Shown one piece after another: positions 41,661 to 55,012 of a DNA stretch of 64,000 nt (position 1 is the first letter of the stretch; each line of letters begins with the position of its first letter). Source of the stretch: Eledone cirrhosa (Eukaryota). A program made the position numbers and the translations under genes. Location: positions 44,392,001 to 44,456,000 of the forward strand of contig OZ024753.1 in the NCBI GenBank assembly GCA_964016885.1. Direction: 5' to 3'. Under the pieces are notes generated by a model. That model saw only the letters and a program-made list of their open reading frames with translations. It did no database searches and was not told the origin of the DNA.

Positions 41661-44600
41661 ATGGTGGTTGTGGTGGTTGTGATGGTGATGGTGGTGGTGG
41701 TGGTGATGATGCTGCTTGTGGTACCGCTTGTGGTACCGATATTGGTAGTGGTGGTGGTACTAATATTTGTAGTATTGGTAGTGCCAATAATGGTGGTGTT
41801 AGTGATAATCATAATCATCATCATCATTATGATTATGATGATTATTAGAAATAAATCCATTTCTTTCCAAAATAATATAATTTCTCCATATTTCTAATGG
41901 ACAGTAAATCTGTCGTTGAGGACAGAACCTTTGTCTTCTTTATTCAATGTTGATCTATCTGGACAGTATATATAATAATGTATATCCAGCCACACAAAGC
42001 AATTATCTTTGATGAAAGTTACTCCAACATTAGTGGCAGCCACAAATGTCATTGGTAACATTATATTGACTCATATGAAAACTGACAGTTACTTTCCGAT
42101 CAATATTTTTGACAACATCTTAATGGCACATTTTCTAATGTGAACACACACACAGAGAAATTTATAAACTACAATAAAAATTTCATGACTCCAACCATCA
42201 TCCGAAGAGTTGTTATCGGAGGTTAATGTTAAAAGCTAAAGAATCAGTATCATTTATTATTATTATTATTTTTATATTTTATTTTATTTTATTTTTTTGG
42301 GGAGGTGGGGGTAGGGGTGCTTCTTTTTTATTTATTTATTTATTTATATTTTCTTTTCTCTATCCTTTTCATGGAACAAATCCCAGCAAATGTTGAAAAC
42401 AGAACTCAACACATTTGCTTTCCTTGGTTTATAACCATTCTTTGATTAGAAGCTACCAAATGGTAAACATGTTTATTTTACTGGAATTGACTTTTTGAAA
42501 AACATCACCTGCTGATATAATTTAATTTTTATTTTATTATTATTATTATTATCGTTATTATTATTATTATTATTATCATTTCATTCAGTGGAAAGTATGA
42601 AAAAAATTACTGTTAGCATATGCAGCCAGTTAAGAGGAAAATGAAGTTGATATTTGGTTGAAAATATGATTGATGTAGCAGTCAGTAAGAACATCAACAA
42701 AGCGGTTCAATAACAACTTTTCGTTAATATTAAAAGTTATAAAAGTCTTCACAGATAGAGAGATCCGTAATAAATAGCTAAATGTAATTTCAAATTGATG
42801 TTTCTTCTCTTTTATATAAGAAAAAAAAAATGAGAGAAAGAGAGAAATAATTTAGGAAAATATTCACACTTAGAAAGATAGGGCAAATTGCTAGACTTAT
42901 GTTGCTTTTACTGTTGCAGTTAAAAGCAATAAAAAAAAGCTTAATTTAATCATAATATATAGCACAGATGCTAAATCGTAGGTTAAGGTGTAAGTATTGA
43001 ACAGATAAAGTATTGTAATCTCTGGTAATTGGTTATGTGTTCATATTGTATTCTAGAGATGCAACTCTGGGTCCTAGGGTAACACATTTAATATTGCACA
43101 TATTAGCCAATTTTACAGCATATTAAATATAAAGTGACCTTCCTATGAAGATTCTATCATGCTGATAAATAACTGATTAAAATATTCACTGAGATGCTAA
43201 ACTACACTAAGATGTATGAAAGTTTGAGTGTAAATAATGAGCTTAGAAACCAGCTGGACATTAAGATCTTTGACTTCTTCTATGCAACAGAGAGAGAGAG
43301 AGAGAAGGAAGGATATGTTATGTGAATGAATTACACCTGCTGAGCAAAGAATGCTGTATAATTGTGTAGCATAAAGTTAGATCTATCAGATAGACATAGA
43401 CAGTAGTATACAGAGACAAAGGATTTTGGGAAGAAGTAGAAAAAATATCAGAATTCAGGCTTGCAGACATGTTGCCAGCAGACATAACAAATAACCCCTA
43501 GTATAAAAAAAAAAAAATTATATTAAGAATACTAATTATGGTTATGGTAATGATGGTGATAGTGGTGGTGGTGGTGGTGGTCATGGTGGTGATCATCATC
43601 ATCATCATCATCGTCGTTTTTACATCCATTTTTCCATGATTGCATGGGTTGGAAGGATCCTTTTCAGCACAGAATCTCTCCACTAATCATGTTCTTTTGT
43701 CATCTCTCCTGTGTGAATCTCAGTGAGTTGAATATCAGCTCTCACCCCCTCTGCCCAAGTCTCCCTTTGTCTTCCTCTACTGCAGCTTCCTTCCACTGGG
43801 ATTTCTTAGCCACAATTGCTAATATCAATATTCTGAGCTACAATTACTATGATAAATATTTTGAGCTACAATTATTACTATCATATTCTATCTTTCTTCA
43901 AAAGTCTTTCAATGTATTTATCTTTTGTTATCAGTTCGACATCTTTTGCAAATAAAATCTCTCCTAATGCACTTAATTTTTTTCTTGTTCAGTGAGACGC
44001 CTCTGATATTAAAGGGAGATAATATTTACTGATGAACAACATAGAGACAGCTAGTTATGATATCATCATTTGAGAACAGCAATGTAATAAATATATTGTG
44101 CTGATTTACATTATGATATAAAATTAACTTCAATCACAGACGAAATTTACCTTTTCTATTTGCTTCTATAGCAACAAGTTTAACAGCAATAACGAAGCAG
44201 AATTCCCCTAAGGTTTATATAGTCATTAACTTTATTCTGGCATGTAACATTGTTAAAAGGTAGCAATAACGGAGAGTTGGATGTAGCAACATATATTTGA
44301 TCACTTGACAGCATCTAAGAAGTCATTGAAATGAAACGTTGAATTACTGAATCCTCATAAAAATAATATTGTAGTTTCAAACTGAAGAGTGGAACAACAG
44401 TTTGGAATGATTAACAAATATTTCAATGCTTTAATCTTCATCGAAACATGAATCATTTTCTGATTGAGAAGATGTATTTCATGCTCCACTGCTAGAAATA
44501 ACAAGGTTCAGAATCACGGTTCCATGAGTTAGACGACATTCACTAAATCGGATCACATTCGCATTTTTCTTTTAACTCATATATAGCTATATGAACTGTT

Positions 44601-44830
44601 AAAGTGCGAAGCTAGATACATTTTCACTTTCAAAGTCTTCTTCTTCACCATTGTCGTCATCGTCTTCTTTCTCTCCTCCTCCTTCGCATCTTCTTCTTCC
44701 TCTCCTCCTCCTTCGCATCTTCTTCTTCTTCACCATCACCATCATCTTCTCTCTCTCCTCCTCATCTGCATCTTCTTCTTCATATTCCAATAGCAAACCT
44801 CCTCCTTCAAGTCCAACTAAGTCTGTTTAA

Positions 44831-45044
44831 CCCTTTAACATTACTCTATATTTACTATTGTATTTTCACAGTAAAGTCTATACCTCACATAATTATTTCA
44901 CATAATATCGAATCTATGAGACTTTGATGCCATTTATTTTGAGAATAATACCTTAACATAAGTATGAGGGCTGGTTATGGCCAGTTTGAACAGAAAGAGA
45001 TGAGAGAATTCAGGCTGGATACGGCCAGTTTAAATGCTAATGGG
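44831..45044 (-). mobile_element. piggyBac-type MITE
   Basis: TTAA-CCCTTTAACATT...AATGCTAATGGG-TTAA; aligns with 11419-11638 reversed. Confidence 0.8.
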
Positions 45045-45627
45045 TTAAAGGAACACTAAGTAGATGTTGGTAGATTTCTTCAAGAGATACATTACATAGA
45101 GATCCCAAAGTTCAGTCTTTGTTAATACAACATTGCTAGTATTAATAAGAATGGCCTCCTTTTTGTTTGTTTGGCACACAACACAGATAGATGGAAGAGT
45201 GTTGTAGTGGAATAAATTTAGGTGTCGATGCAGGGATGAGTAGACACAGTCTTCCTCTTGACTTTCCCCTTGCTTCGTCAAGAGGAACATTATAGTTGTG
45301 ACAACTGGAAGGATAGAGAGGGGAGAGAGGGAAGGCTGGAGGTAGGGGGAGAGAGAGTTGGAGGGAGGGAGAGAGTTGGAGCAAGGGGGAGAGAGGGCTA
45401 GAGGGAGAGGAGAAAGAAAGTTGGAGGGAGAGAGAGAGAGAGACAAACAGGGAGAAAGACAGACAGAGCTGCTCTAGTCTGGTACATTATTTATCAACCC
45501 TTAAACGATGAAAGAGGTGGTGACTTGGCAGAGTCGTTAGAACATCAGATAGAAGGCTTTGCTGTATTTATTTTGACTCTCTGCTTTCTGAGTTCAAATC
45601 CTGATGAGATCAACTTTGTCTTTCATC

Positions 45628-46003
45628 CATTTCATCTCAGTCCTGGGAGTATTCCAGTTAAGGAAGAAGGGGTTACATTTCATCTCAGTCCTGGGAGTAT
45701 TCCAGTTAGGGAAGAAGGGGTTACATTTCATCTCAGTCCTGGGAGTATTCCAGTTAGGGAAGAAGGGGTTACATTTCATCTCAGTCCTGGGAGTATTCCA
45801 GTTAGGGAAGAAGGGGTTACATTTCATCTCAGTCCTGGGAGTATTTCAGTTAGGGAAGAAGGGGTTACATTTCATCTCAGTCCTGGGAGTATTCCAGTTA
45901 GGGAAGAAGGGGTTACATTTCATCTCAGTTCTGGGAGTATTTCAGTCAGGGAAGAAGGGGTTACATTTCATCTCAGTCCTGGGAGTATTCCAGTTAGGGA
46001 AGG
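45628..46003 (+). repeat. 48-bp tandem array (~7.8 units)
   Basis: Unit catttcatctcagtcctgggagtattccagttagggaagaaggggtta, starting where a family A SINE (45517-45628) is truncated. Confidence 0.9.
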
Positions 46004-47179
46004 CAGGTACACTTCACATCAGTTCTGAGTATATTGGAAGCTTTGCACAAATGTTTTCTAATCGCTACTGGTTTGGCATAGATACTGAATTCTACAAGAA
46101 AATGTTTCACCGTCACACAATTTGCTTACTTAATCCATCATCTGACTTAATATGACCACCTGGCCATTGTAAGAAGGGGGTTATTATCAGATTCCATTCT
46201 GTTGTAAGAATTTGGACAAAGCCTGTGGTCTGAGAATTAATTCTTCCCATCCTCCCATCAGCCAAGGATGTCCCCACCTCCCAAAGTAGTTGTGGGTGTT
46301 ACCATTTTTCCTATGTATCAAGAAAGCATTCCATTGTAGCTCTTTCTAGAAGATTCAGCTGAAGTTTCTTTCATAAGACCACTCAGTGTATTCAACACAA
46401 TGGTTGATTTTTATAAGTTTCTAAGCCAGCAACATGCAATTGTGGAAACATGTAGAAACTGCTGTGGCTATTGGGAATGTAAAGAAATGTGCAACCTTAA
46501 CTTCCCGCTAATTACTCTTGGAGAATTATTGTAAGCGTAATTTGGAACTAATATTTGTGTTCCTTCCTCACAGCATCATTGCTGAAACATCAAAGAATCG
46601 CAGGTAAACTAATTAACCAAACAGGAAATCAGAAAATAAACAAACAATGATAAAAGAAATGATAAAAGACACCAACAAACATTAGCATATCTTGCCCAAG
46701 TTAAAAAGAAAAAAACACTAAACTATAGTTATATAAAAACACTCAAATAATACATAAACAATTATCAAATATGTTTGACCTAAATTTCTTTGTTGTCCTT
46801 TTAATGCAAGAGAGAGCAAAGTAGTAGATATTATTTACAATGTCTGGTGACAATGGTTTTGTTACACTACTACAGTTCACACAGGAAATTAAATTTTTCA
46901 AGCTAAACCGTGTATATGCTGAATAACTGAATAAATATCGCCCTGTCTCTTCTTTCCAGCTTCCATACGATCTTCATTGGTATAAACTGGTAATTAATTT
47001 ATAAAGGCTGCAAGCAAATTGTAACTGAACGAAACAAAAAAAAAAAAAATAATAATAATAATAATAATAATGAAAAATAAAAATAAATAAGAAATGGAAA
47101 CAAAACAACATAACACATGATAACCAAAACTACAATGCTAGAAACACCAAATAGAAGAAGAAAAATGAAAATAAATACT

Positions 47180-47229
<50 letters not shown>

Positions 47230-47358
47230 GTATATATGTATATATATGTATATATATATGTACATATATATGCATATATATATATATATGTATGTATATA
47301 TGTATATATGTATGTATATATGTATATATGTATGTGTGTGTATATATATATATATATG

Positions 47359-47417
<59 letters not shown>

Positions 47418-48482
47418 CATTGGAAGATCTGAAAGTAATTTGTAGAACCAATCAGTTAGGTTAATCGATAAAAGTAGTGAGATGAAGGGATTGATAGCAA
47501 TAAAGGTTAGAGTCAGAGAAAGTAATCAGCAAAAGAGCTAGGCGCTTAATATAGGTGCAAGTTTAATTACCAGTTGTGAGAATGGCTAACAATGGTGCTG
47601 GCAGAAAGAGTCAAAAGATGAAAACAATAATAAAATAAAATAAAAATTAAAATAAAATAAGATATAATAAAATACAATAAAAAAAAAAATATAAACATTT
47701 AGTGACAAAGAAGATATTGAATTGACACAATATCTAATGAGAGATATTTTATATTGGTTTATTGTTGTGTAGATTTCACTTTGTTGTTTGGCTTTTCTTT
47801 TTCTTGTTGTTGTAGCTTTTCTTTTTCTTCCTCTTGTTGTTGTTGCTGTTGTTGTTGTTGTTGTTGTTATTGCAATTGTTGTTCTTATTATCATTATATC
47901 AGCCCTTGTGGCCAATAAATAAAATGATAATTATTATCATTATCATTATAATTATTATTATTATTGATAATTTTATTATTATTATTAGTGTTGTTGTTTT
48001 TATTGTTGTGGTTGTTGTTAATATTATTATTATCAGCCCCTGTCTATGGTATTGTCCCCTTTTTGTTGGCCCTTGTGGTAAACAAAAAGAAATAATTATT
48101 ACTTATAATAATATTATTATTATTGTTGCTGCTGCTGTTGTTGTTGTTGTTATTATTATTAATATTATTATTGTGGATGTTATTGTTGTTATTTTTACTT
48201 ATATATTTTTAGTTTTTGTTTTTGTTTCTAATACCCCCCCCCCCCCCATTGCTATAGTAACAAAATGTATTGGTGTCTGAAATACTAGAGACATTCTTCC
48301 TGAGTTGTATATCTATTGTGTTGGTTAAAATAGAAGGGGAACAAAAGAAACAAACCCTTTACAATGTTTCACAATAAAATATTAAATAGTTGTAAATTAT
48401 CAGCTACCCCCTCTCCTCCTTTCTCTTGCTCTTACTCTGTTTCCCCTTTTTTGGCACATGTATGTGTATGTATATATATGTG

Positions 48483-48875
48483 CCCAGTCCACACTGTAAA
48501 GTGTTTATGTAGGAGTCGCGACAAAAAGCATCCAGTCAACACTGTAAAGTGGTCATGTAGGAGTCGCGACAAAAAACACCCAGTCCACACTGTAAAGTGG
48601 TCATGTAGGACTCGCGACAAAAAACACCCAGTCCACACTGTAAAGTGGTCATGAAGGTGTCACGACAAAAAACACCCAGTCCACACTGTAAAGTGGTCAT
48701 GTAGGAGTCGCGACAAAAAACACCCAGTCCACACTGTAAAGTGGTCATGTAGGAGTCATGACAAAAAACACCCAGTCCACACTGTAAAGTGGTCATGTAG
48801 GAGTCATGACAAAAAACACCCAGTCCACACTGTAAAGTGGTCATGTAGGAGTCATGACAAAAAACACCCAGTCCA
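48483..48875 (+). repeat. 48-bp tandem array (~8 units) derived from the RTE 3' UTR
   Basis: Unit cacccagtccacactgtaaagtggtcatgtaggagtcatgacaaaaaa. Confidence 0.9.
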
Positions 48876-48960
48876 GAATACTCAATACTTTTACTTTGGG
48901 TAGTAGAGTGGGTAATAGGGAAAGAGTTTTCCTATATATATATATACATATATATACATA

Positions 48961-49037
48961 CAGGGTGTCACAAAAAAAGATATACTCACTTCAAGAAGAT
49001 TCTAATAAATAAGTGTATACATATTTGGGACACCCTG
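48961..49037. mobile_element. Tc1/mariner-type mini-MITE (77 bp)
   Basis: TA-CAGGGTGTC...GACACCCTG-TA; ~30-bp imperfect TIRs make up most of the element. Confidence 0.7.
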
Positions 49038-49061
49038 TATATATATATGTGTGTGTGTTTG

Positions 49062-49098
<37 letters not shown>

Positions 49099-51611
49099 TC
49101 ACACACACTGACGCATACATATCAGTGTGTGTGACCGGGGGGGGGGGGGGTTAAGTGACATACTGCAGGTGATAAGTTGCTGACGCAGTAAATCAATGAC
49201 CCAAGTTCAATACTTTACTCAGTTATTGACAGATTCTGTTGATGACATGTCAAAGGTCACATATTGAACTACATTTCTCAAACTGATACACATAGGAATT
49301 ATACCTCAACATCAACCTACCTACAACACATATAGACACATACATACTCGCACACACACATGCACACACACATACATACTCACACACACAAAGAGAAAGA
49401 GAGAGTGAAACCTACAATAAAAAAATTAATACACACCTTACTTATGATGACAAAAAATTTGACAACGAAATGATGTATGGATTCATACATATATACGTAG
49501 ATAAATACATACATACATACATACACACATACATTCACATACGTACATTGCCAGACTAAATCTACCAACATCTCTATCAATGCCCTGACTGTTTCAATGA
49601 TATCTGAAGATTGCTTCTACAGGTTCTTAGGGTGAGGTGAAAATATATTCTATGATGGAATTTGTAACAAAGAACACCTAACCAGAGAATATAACATCTG
49701 AATACTTAGAAAAATATGGTTCTTTGAACTCTCTGCACACGTATTTGGTGTGCCTGTGTTGATACCAACATTTGGACTACTTGATGGATGCTAGATGAGA
49801 TCTGAGCCATTGATGTTAAACCAGAAAAGCCTAAACAGTTCTGGAAATTTCTATAACGAAAGTGATATTAACAGAGAGGCAGAGGCCTAACATCAATCCT
49901 AACAACATTTGAATGTTTCTTAACAAGGCCAATAAGTTTGGTGTGAATGGAAAGTCAATAATATTGAACCCAGTACTTCACTGGTACTTCATTATATCAA
50001 CCCTAGAAGAATGAAAGGTAAAGATGACTTTGGCAGGATTTAAACTCAGCATGTAAGGGTCATAACTGTGAACTTTGCAACATGGCCATCTTAGCAGAAC
50101 TTATGCTTTCAGTTTTCTATTATCATATCTTTCATTCAGCTCCATTCCTTAATTAAATCATTTCAGATATGCTCCAGTTATGATATTCCTAGCTAAAATC
50201 TTTCCATGTTCCTTTGTGTCATGACCCATGTCTCAATTGTGTATAAGAATGCAGACAAGATAGTGCAAGTTCATAAATTCACTTTTGTATGCATGATGAT
50301 GTACTTTTTAAATGTATCTTCCCTGTAACAACCGGAATTCTTATCTGTTATTGTGGCACCACATTAAAATCTACTCATTAACCATACCCAATCTTCTAAG
50401 AACTTTTAATTTGATTTTCCTTAGATATTGATTGATAAATCCGATCAGGGAGTTGAAGAATTCTTGTTTCATCCTAGAAGATAACATACTGGAACATACT
50501 AAGGTTTTTTTTTTTTTACTTAACTACAGATCAAGTAAATGATTTCTGTCAGGAAAATTTCGTTATCCTTATTTATATAACTAGAATTTCCAAACAAAAC
50601 TTCCAGATTCATTTATAGAGTTTCCAATGGTACCTTTGCACACATTTCTTCTAATGCTTCTACTGAAATTCTTCAATAAGAAAGTAATGGTTTGCCTCCT
50701 GACTAAAGGTTAGTTTTGTAAGCTTTCTCTTATGACCTGAACTGAAATAATCTTTTATTTTTTGATGGTCCTAGTTATTTTTTGTTATTTTCTGTTTGTT
50801 GATTTTGATGGAGTGTTCTATGTTTCACAGTAAATGGAATGATTAATTATCTTTCTGCTGGTTTCTCTCAGAGAATCAGTGGTAAAACTTCAAAATTCTC
50901 TCCATGAAGGGAAAGAAATCCATCTCTTTTTGGAAGTTCCCAGCTATATAATTCCTTCCATAGGAGCCATAAAGTCTAAAACATAGACAGAACTAGACTA
51001 TCTCTAATTACATTGGAAAATAATATAAATTAAGAACAATTAATAAATTAATGACTAACAAAATAAATAAGACAGATTTGCTGAGAAACCTTAACATCAA
51101 AGAGAAAGAACAAATATGAATATAAAGGAAAAATTAGAAGCGCTTTTTTAAATCTAATCAAATTTTATTAAAAATTAAAAGATGAAAATGATTTGTTAAA
51201 GTGATTTTATATGTGTGTGTACACACATTCGCATACAAACACATAAAACATATTATGTGTGGAATTTGGTAGACAGAAACTATGCAAAAACCCTGTTCTA
51301 ACCATTAGAATGTCAGACAAAATATCACATGGTATTTAGTTAAGGCCCTTATCATTTAGAGTTCAAAACCCACTAAAGTCAACTTTGCTTGTCATTTTTC
51401 TGGGACCAGTAAAATTAAGTACCAGTAATAAACAAGGATGATACTGGGTATGGGCCATGTTGTTTTTAGTGTTGTTGTTCATATTGTATTGAAAGTATTC
51501 TTTGTAATATATAAGCATTACCTCATAGGGATATTTCCTGTATGTTGTGTATATATGTATGTCCTGTGGTTTGGGTTATGTATTTGTTTGTGTGTGTGTT
51601 TTTCACTCTCA

Positions 51612-52165
51612 GAGCACTTACAAGCAAAACTCACAAAAGCACTGGCATAAAAGCCAAGACTGAAGAAGTTCGAATCACAGCACAAGATCAAAGCCAGAAA
51701 CCACCAGAAGTACATAAAGAACCAGAACACAGTACCTGCAGAATATGTGGAGGTGAGGAAGAAACAATTAACTACATAATCTCTGGTTGTCTAGTCTTAA
51801 CCAAAACATAATATATCCCCAGATGTGATAGAGTTGAGATTTACATACACTGAAAGTTATGCCAACTCTATGAAATACCAACAGAAAAAAATATGGTACA
51901 GACACACCAGGAAAGGTGTCAGAGAATAACAAAGTAACCATAAACTGAGATAGACCAATACATACAGACAGAGATCTGGATATTATAGTCAAAGACCACA
52001 AAGAAAAAAAGTCTTTTAATTGATGTATCAATCCCCACAGATGACAATATATCTATCAAGGAAATGGAGTTATTATTCAAATATAAAGGTCTAGAGATAG
52101 AAATAACCTGAATGTAAATGATGAGAACACAAAAACAATCACTATAGTAATAGGTGTTCTGGGAA
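51612..52165 (+). mobile_element. R4/Dong-type (RLE) non-LTR retrotransposon 3' ORF remnant
   Basis: Translation gives AQDQ...CRICGGEEETINYIISGC (CCHC-like knuckle), YIPRCDRV (RHD-like), WYRHTP, DRPIHTD, DIIVKD, IDVSIP, KYKGLEIEI, IVIGVLG, with stops and frameshifts. Confidence 0.85.
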
Positions 52166-52166
52166 T

Positions 52167-52447
52167 GATTTGAACTCAGAACGTAAAGGGACGTAACTCA
52201 ATTCTGTGAAGTATGTTGTCCGACGCTCTACCAATACTGCAAATCCACAACCAAAAATAATAATAATAATTGTTTCTACTTTAGGCACAAGGCCAGCAAT
52301 TACCCAGTGCATTACTGGTACTTTATTTTATCGACCCCGTAAGGATGAAAGGCAAAGTCAACCTTGGTGGGATTTGAACTCAGATCGTAAAGGGACGTAA
52401 CTATGCTGGAAAGCATGTCCGACCCTCTACTGATACTGCCAATCCAA
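52167..52447 (-). mobile_element. SINE family A (head fragment plus full copy)
   Basis: 52167-52250 head fragment; 52258-52447 full copy followed by (AAT)n. Confidence 0.75.
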
Positions 52448-52627
52448 TAATAACATATAATAATAATAATAACAATAATAATAATAACAATAAAGCTAGG
52501 AAATGCAAAGTAACATTTACCTGCATCTATTTATTTTCATTTGTGGTTTCAACCATGTGTAACATCAAAAGAAAAAAAAAACAGAAAAAAAAACCCCAGA
52601 TATTCGTCAAATACCATTTTAAATAAA

Positions 52628-52643
<16 letters not shown>

Positions 52644-52658
<15 letters not shown>

Positions 52659-52719
52659 GTGTGTATATAAATATATATATATGTATATATATATATATAT
52701 GTATATATATAAATATATA

Positions 52720-52799
<80 letters not shown>

Positions 52800-52803
52800 T
52801 ATA

Positions 52804-52857
<54 letters not shown>

Positions 52858-52861
52858 TATA

Positions 52862-52940
<79 letters not shown>

Positions 52941-52986
52941 CTTTATATATATATGTATCTTTATATAAATATGTATCTTATATATA

Positions 52987-53080
<94 letters not shown>

Positions 53081-53081
53081 C

Positions 53082-53139
<58 letters not shown>

Positions 53140-53372
53140 CTTTATATAAATATGTATCTTGTATGTATATAAGATTAGACAAAAAATATAAAGAAACTAC
53201 CCACAAGATAAATCATTTGCAAAGGTCAGAATGTAGTTGAATACAATAATTCATCTTGTTGAATTAGCATGTAATTCAGAAAAGTTGTCTCCAGATACTT
53301 CAGGTGAAAAGGGGATGGCCAACAACCATGACTAACACATGCACTGACATACGCTAATATACACACTAACAA

Positions 53373-53425
<53 letters not shown>

Positions 53426-53478
53426 GGTTAACAAACACACACACACAAATATATATATATACAAATATATATATATAT

Positions 53479-53512
<34 letters not shown>

Positions 53513-53596
53513 ATACAAATATATATATACAAATATATATATATATATACAAATATATATATATATATACAAATATATATATACAAATATATATAT

Positions 53597-53627
<31 letters not shown>

Positions 53628-53696
53628 CAAATATATATATATACAAATATATATGTATATATATATACATATACAAATATATATACAAATATATAT

Positions 53697-53745
<49 letters not shown>

Positions 53746-53760
53746 AATATATATATACAA

Positions 53761-53793
<33 letters not shown>

Positions 53794-54095
53794 TATACAA
53801 ATATATATATACAAATATATATATATATATACAAATATATATATATATATACAAATATATATACAAATATATATACAAATATATATATACAAATATACAT
53901 ATACAAATATATATATATATATATATACAAATATATATATATATACAAATATATATATATACAAATATATATATACAAATATATATGTATATATATATAC
54001 AAATATATATATATACAAATATATATATACAAATATATATATACAAATATATACAAATATATATGTATATATATATACAAATATATATATATATA
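52644..54095. repeat. (TA)n tracts, including a (TA)nCAAA array at 53440-54095
   Basis: Directly visible. Confidence 0.9.
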
Positions 54096-54113
54096 AAGTT
54101 TGGATGAAGAACT

Positions 54114-54157
<44 letters not shown>

Positions 54158-54162
54158 GATAA

Positions 54163-54246
54163 ATCTACCAAAAATTTCTGAAGACAGCATATATATGTGT
54201 AGGTATGTATATTCCCTGTGATAGTTTGTAAAACTTTTACATAGAT
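54163..54246 (+). ncRNA. Possible decayed hammerhead
   Basis: AAAAATTT-CTGAAGA-CAG...CTG-t-GATA-gttt-GTA^AAACTTTT between (TA)n tracts; GAAA and stem III are mutated. Confidence 0.35.
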
Positions 54247-54360
54247 CTATATGATATACATACCAACACACACATATATATATCCTAGAAACGATCGTAA
54301 AATGATGAATTTTTTAATATTAGGAACTGTTTTCTTTCTTTTTATTCATTATTTTTATTA

Positions 54361-54405
<45 letters not shown>

Positions 54406-54430
54406 AAATGTGACGAAGAACTCACACACT

Positions 54431-54482
<52 letters not shown>

Positions 54483-54579
54483 AAATGTGGATGAAGAACT
54501 CACACACTCACACACACATATATATATATATATATATCCGTCCAAACCCATGCAAGCATGGAACACGGACGTTAAACGT

Positions 54580-54622
<43 letters not shown>

Positions 54623-54898
54623 ATTTATATATTTATATATAAAATGTGGATGACAAACTCACACACTCACATGTATATAATGTGGATGACTGAATAAATT
54701 GTAAGCAAGACTATAGATTCCATGACAAAGCGAAATGAGAACATTTAGAAAAATCCCCATCATTTGTTCAAAAATGATTATTTTCATTGTGTCCTCCACA
54801 TAATAGATTCTGATTTTCAGAGATTTTTACCTAATTCATATATATATGTTTGGATGTATATATATACATATATTTCTATCTGTATATATATTTATGCG

Positions 54899-55012
<114 letters not shown>

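Noticed and set aside
49140-49280. Transcription-factor-like sites (TGACGCA, CAAAGGTCA)
   Set aside because: Short motifs expected by chance; no independent support.
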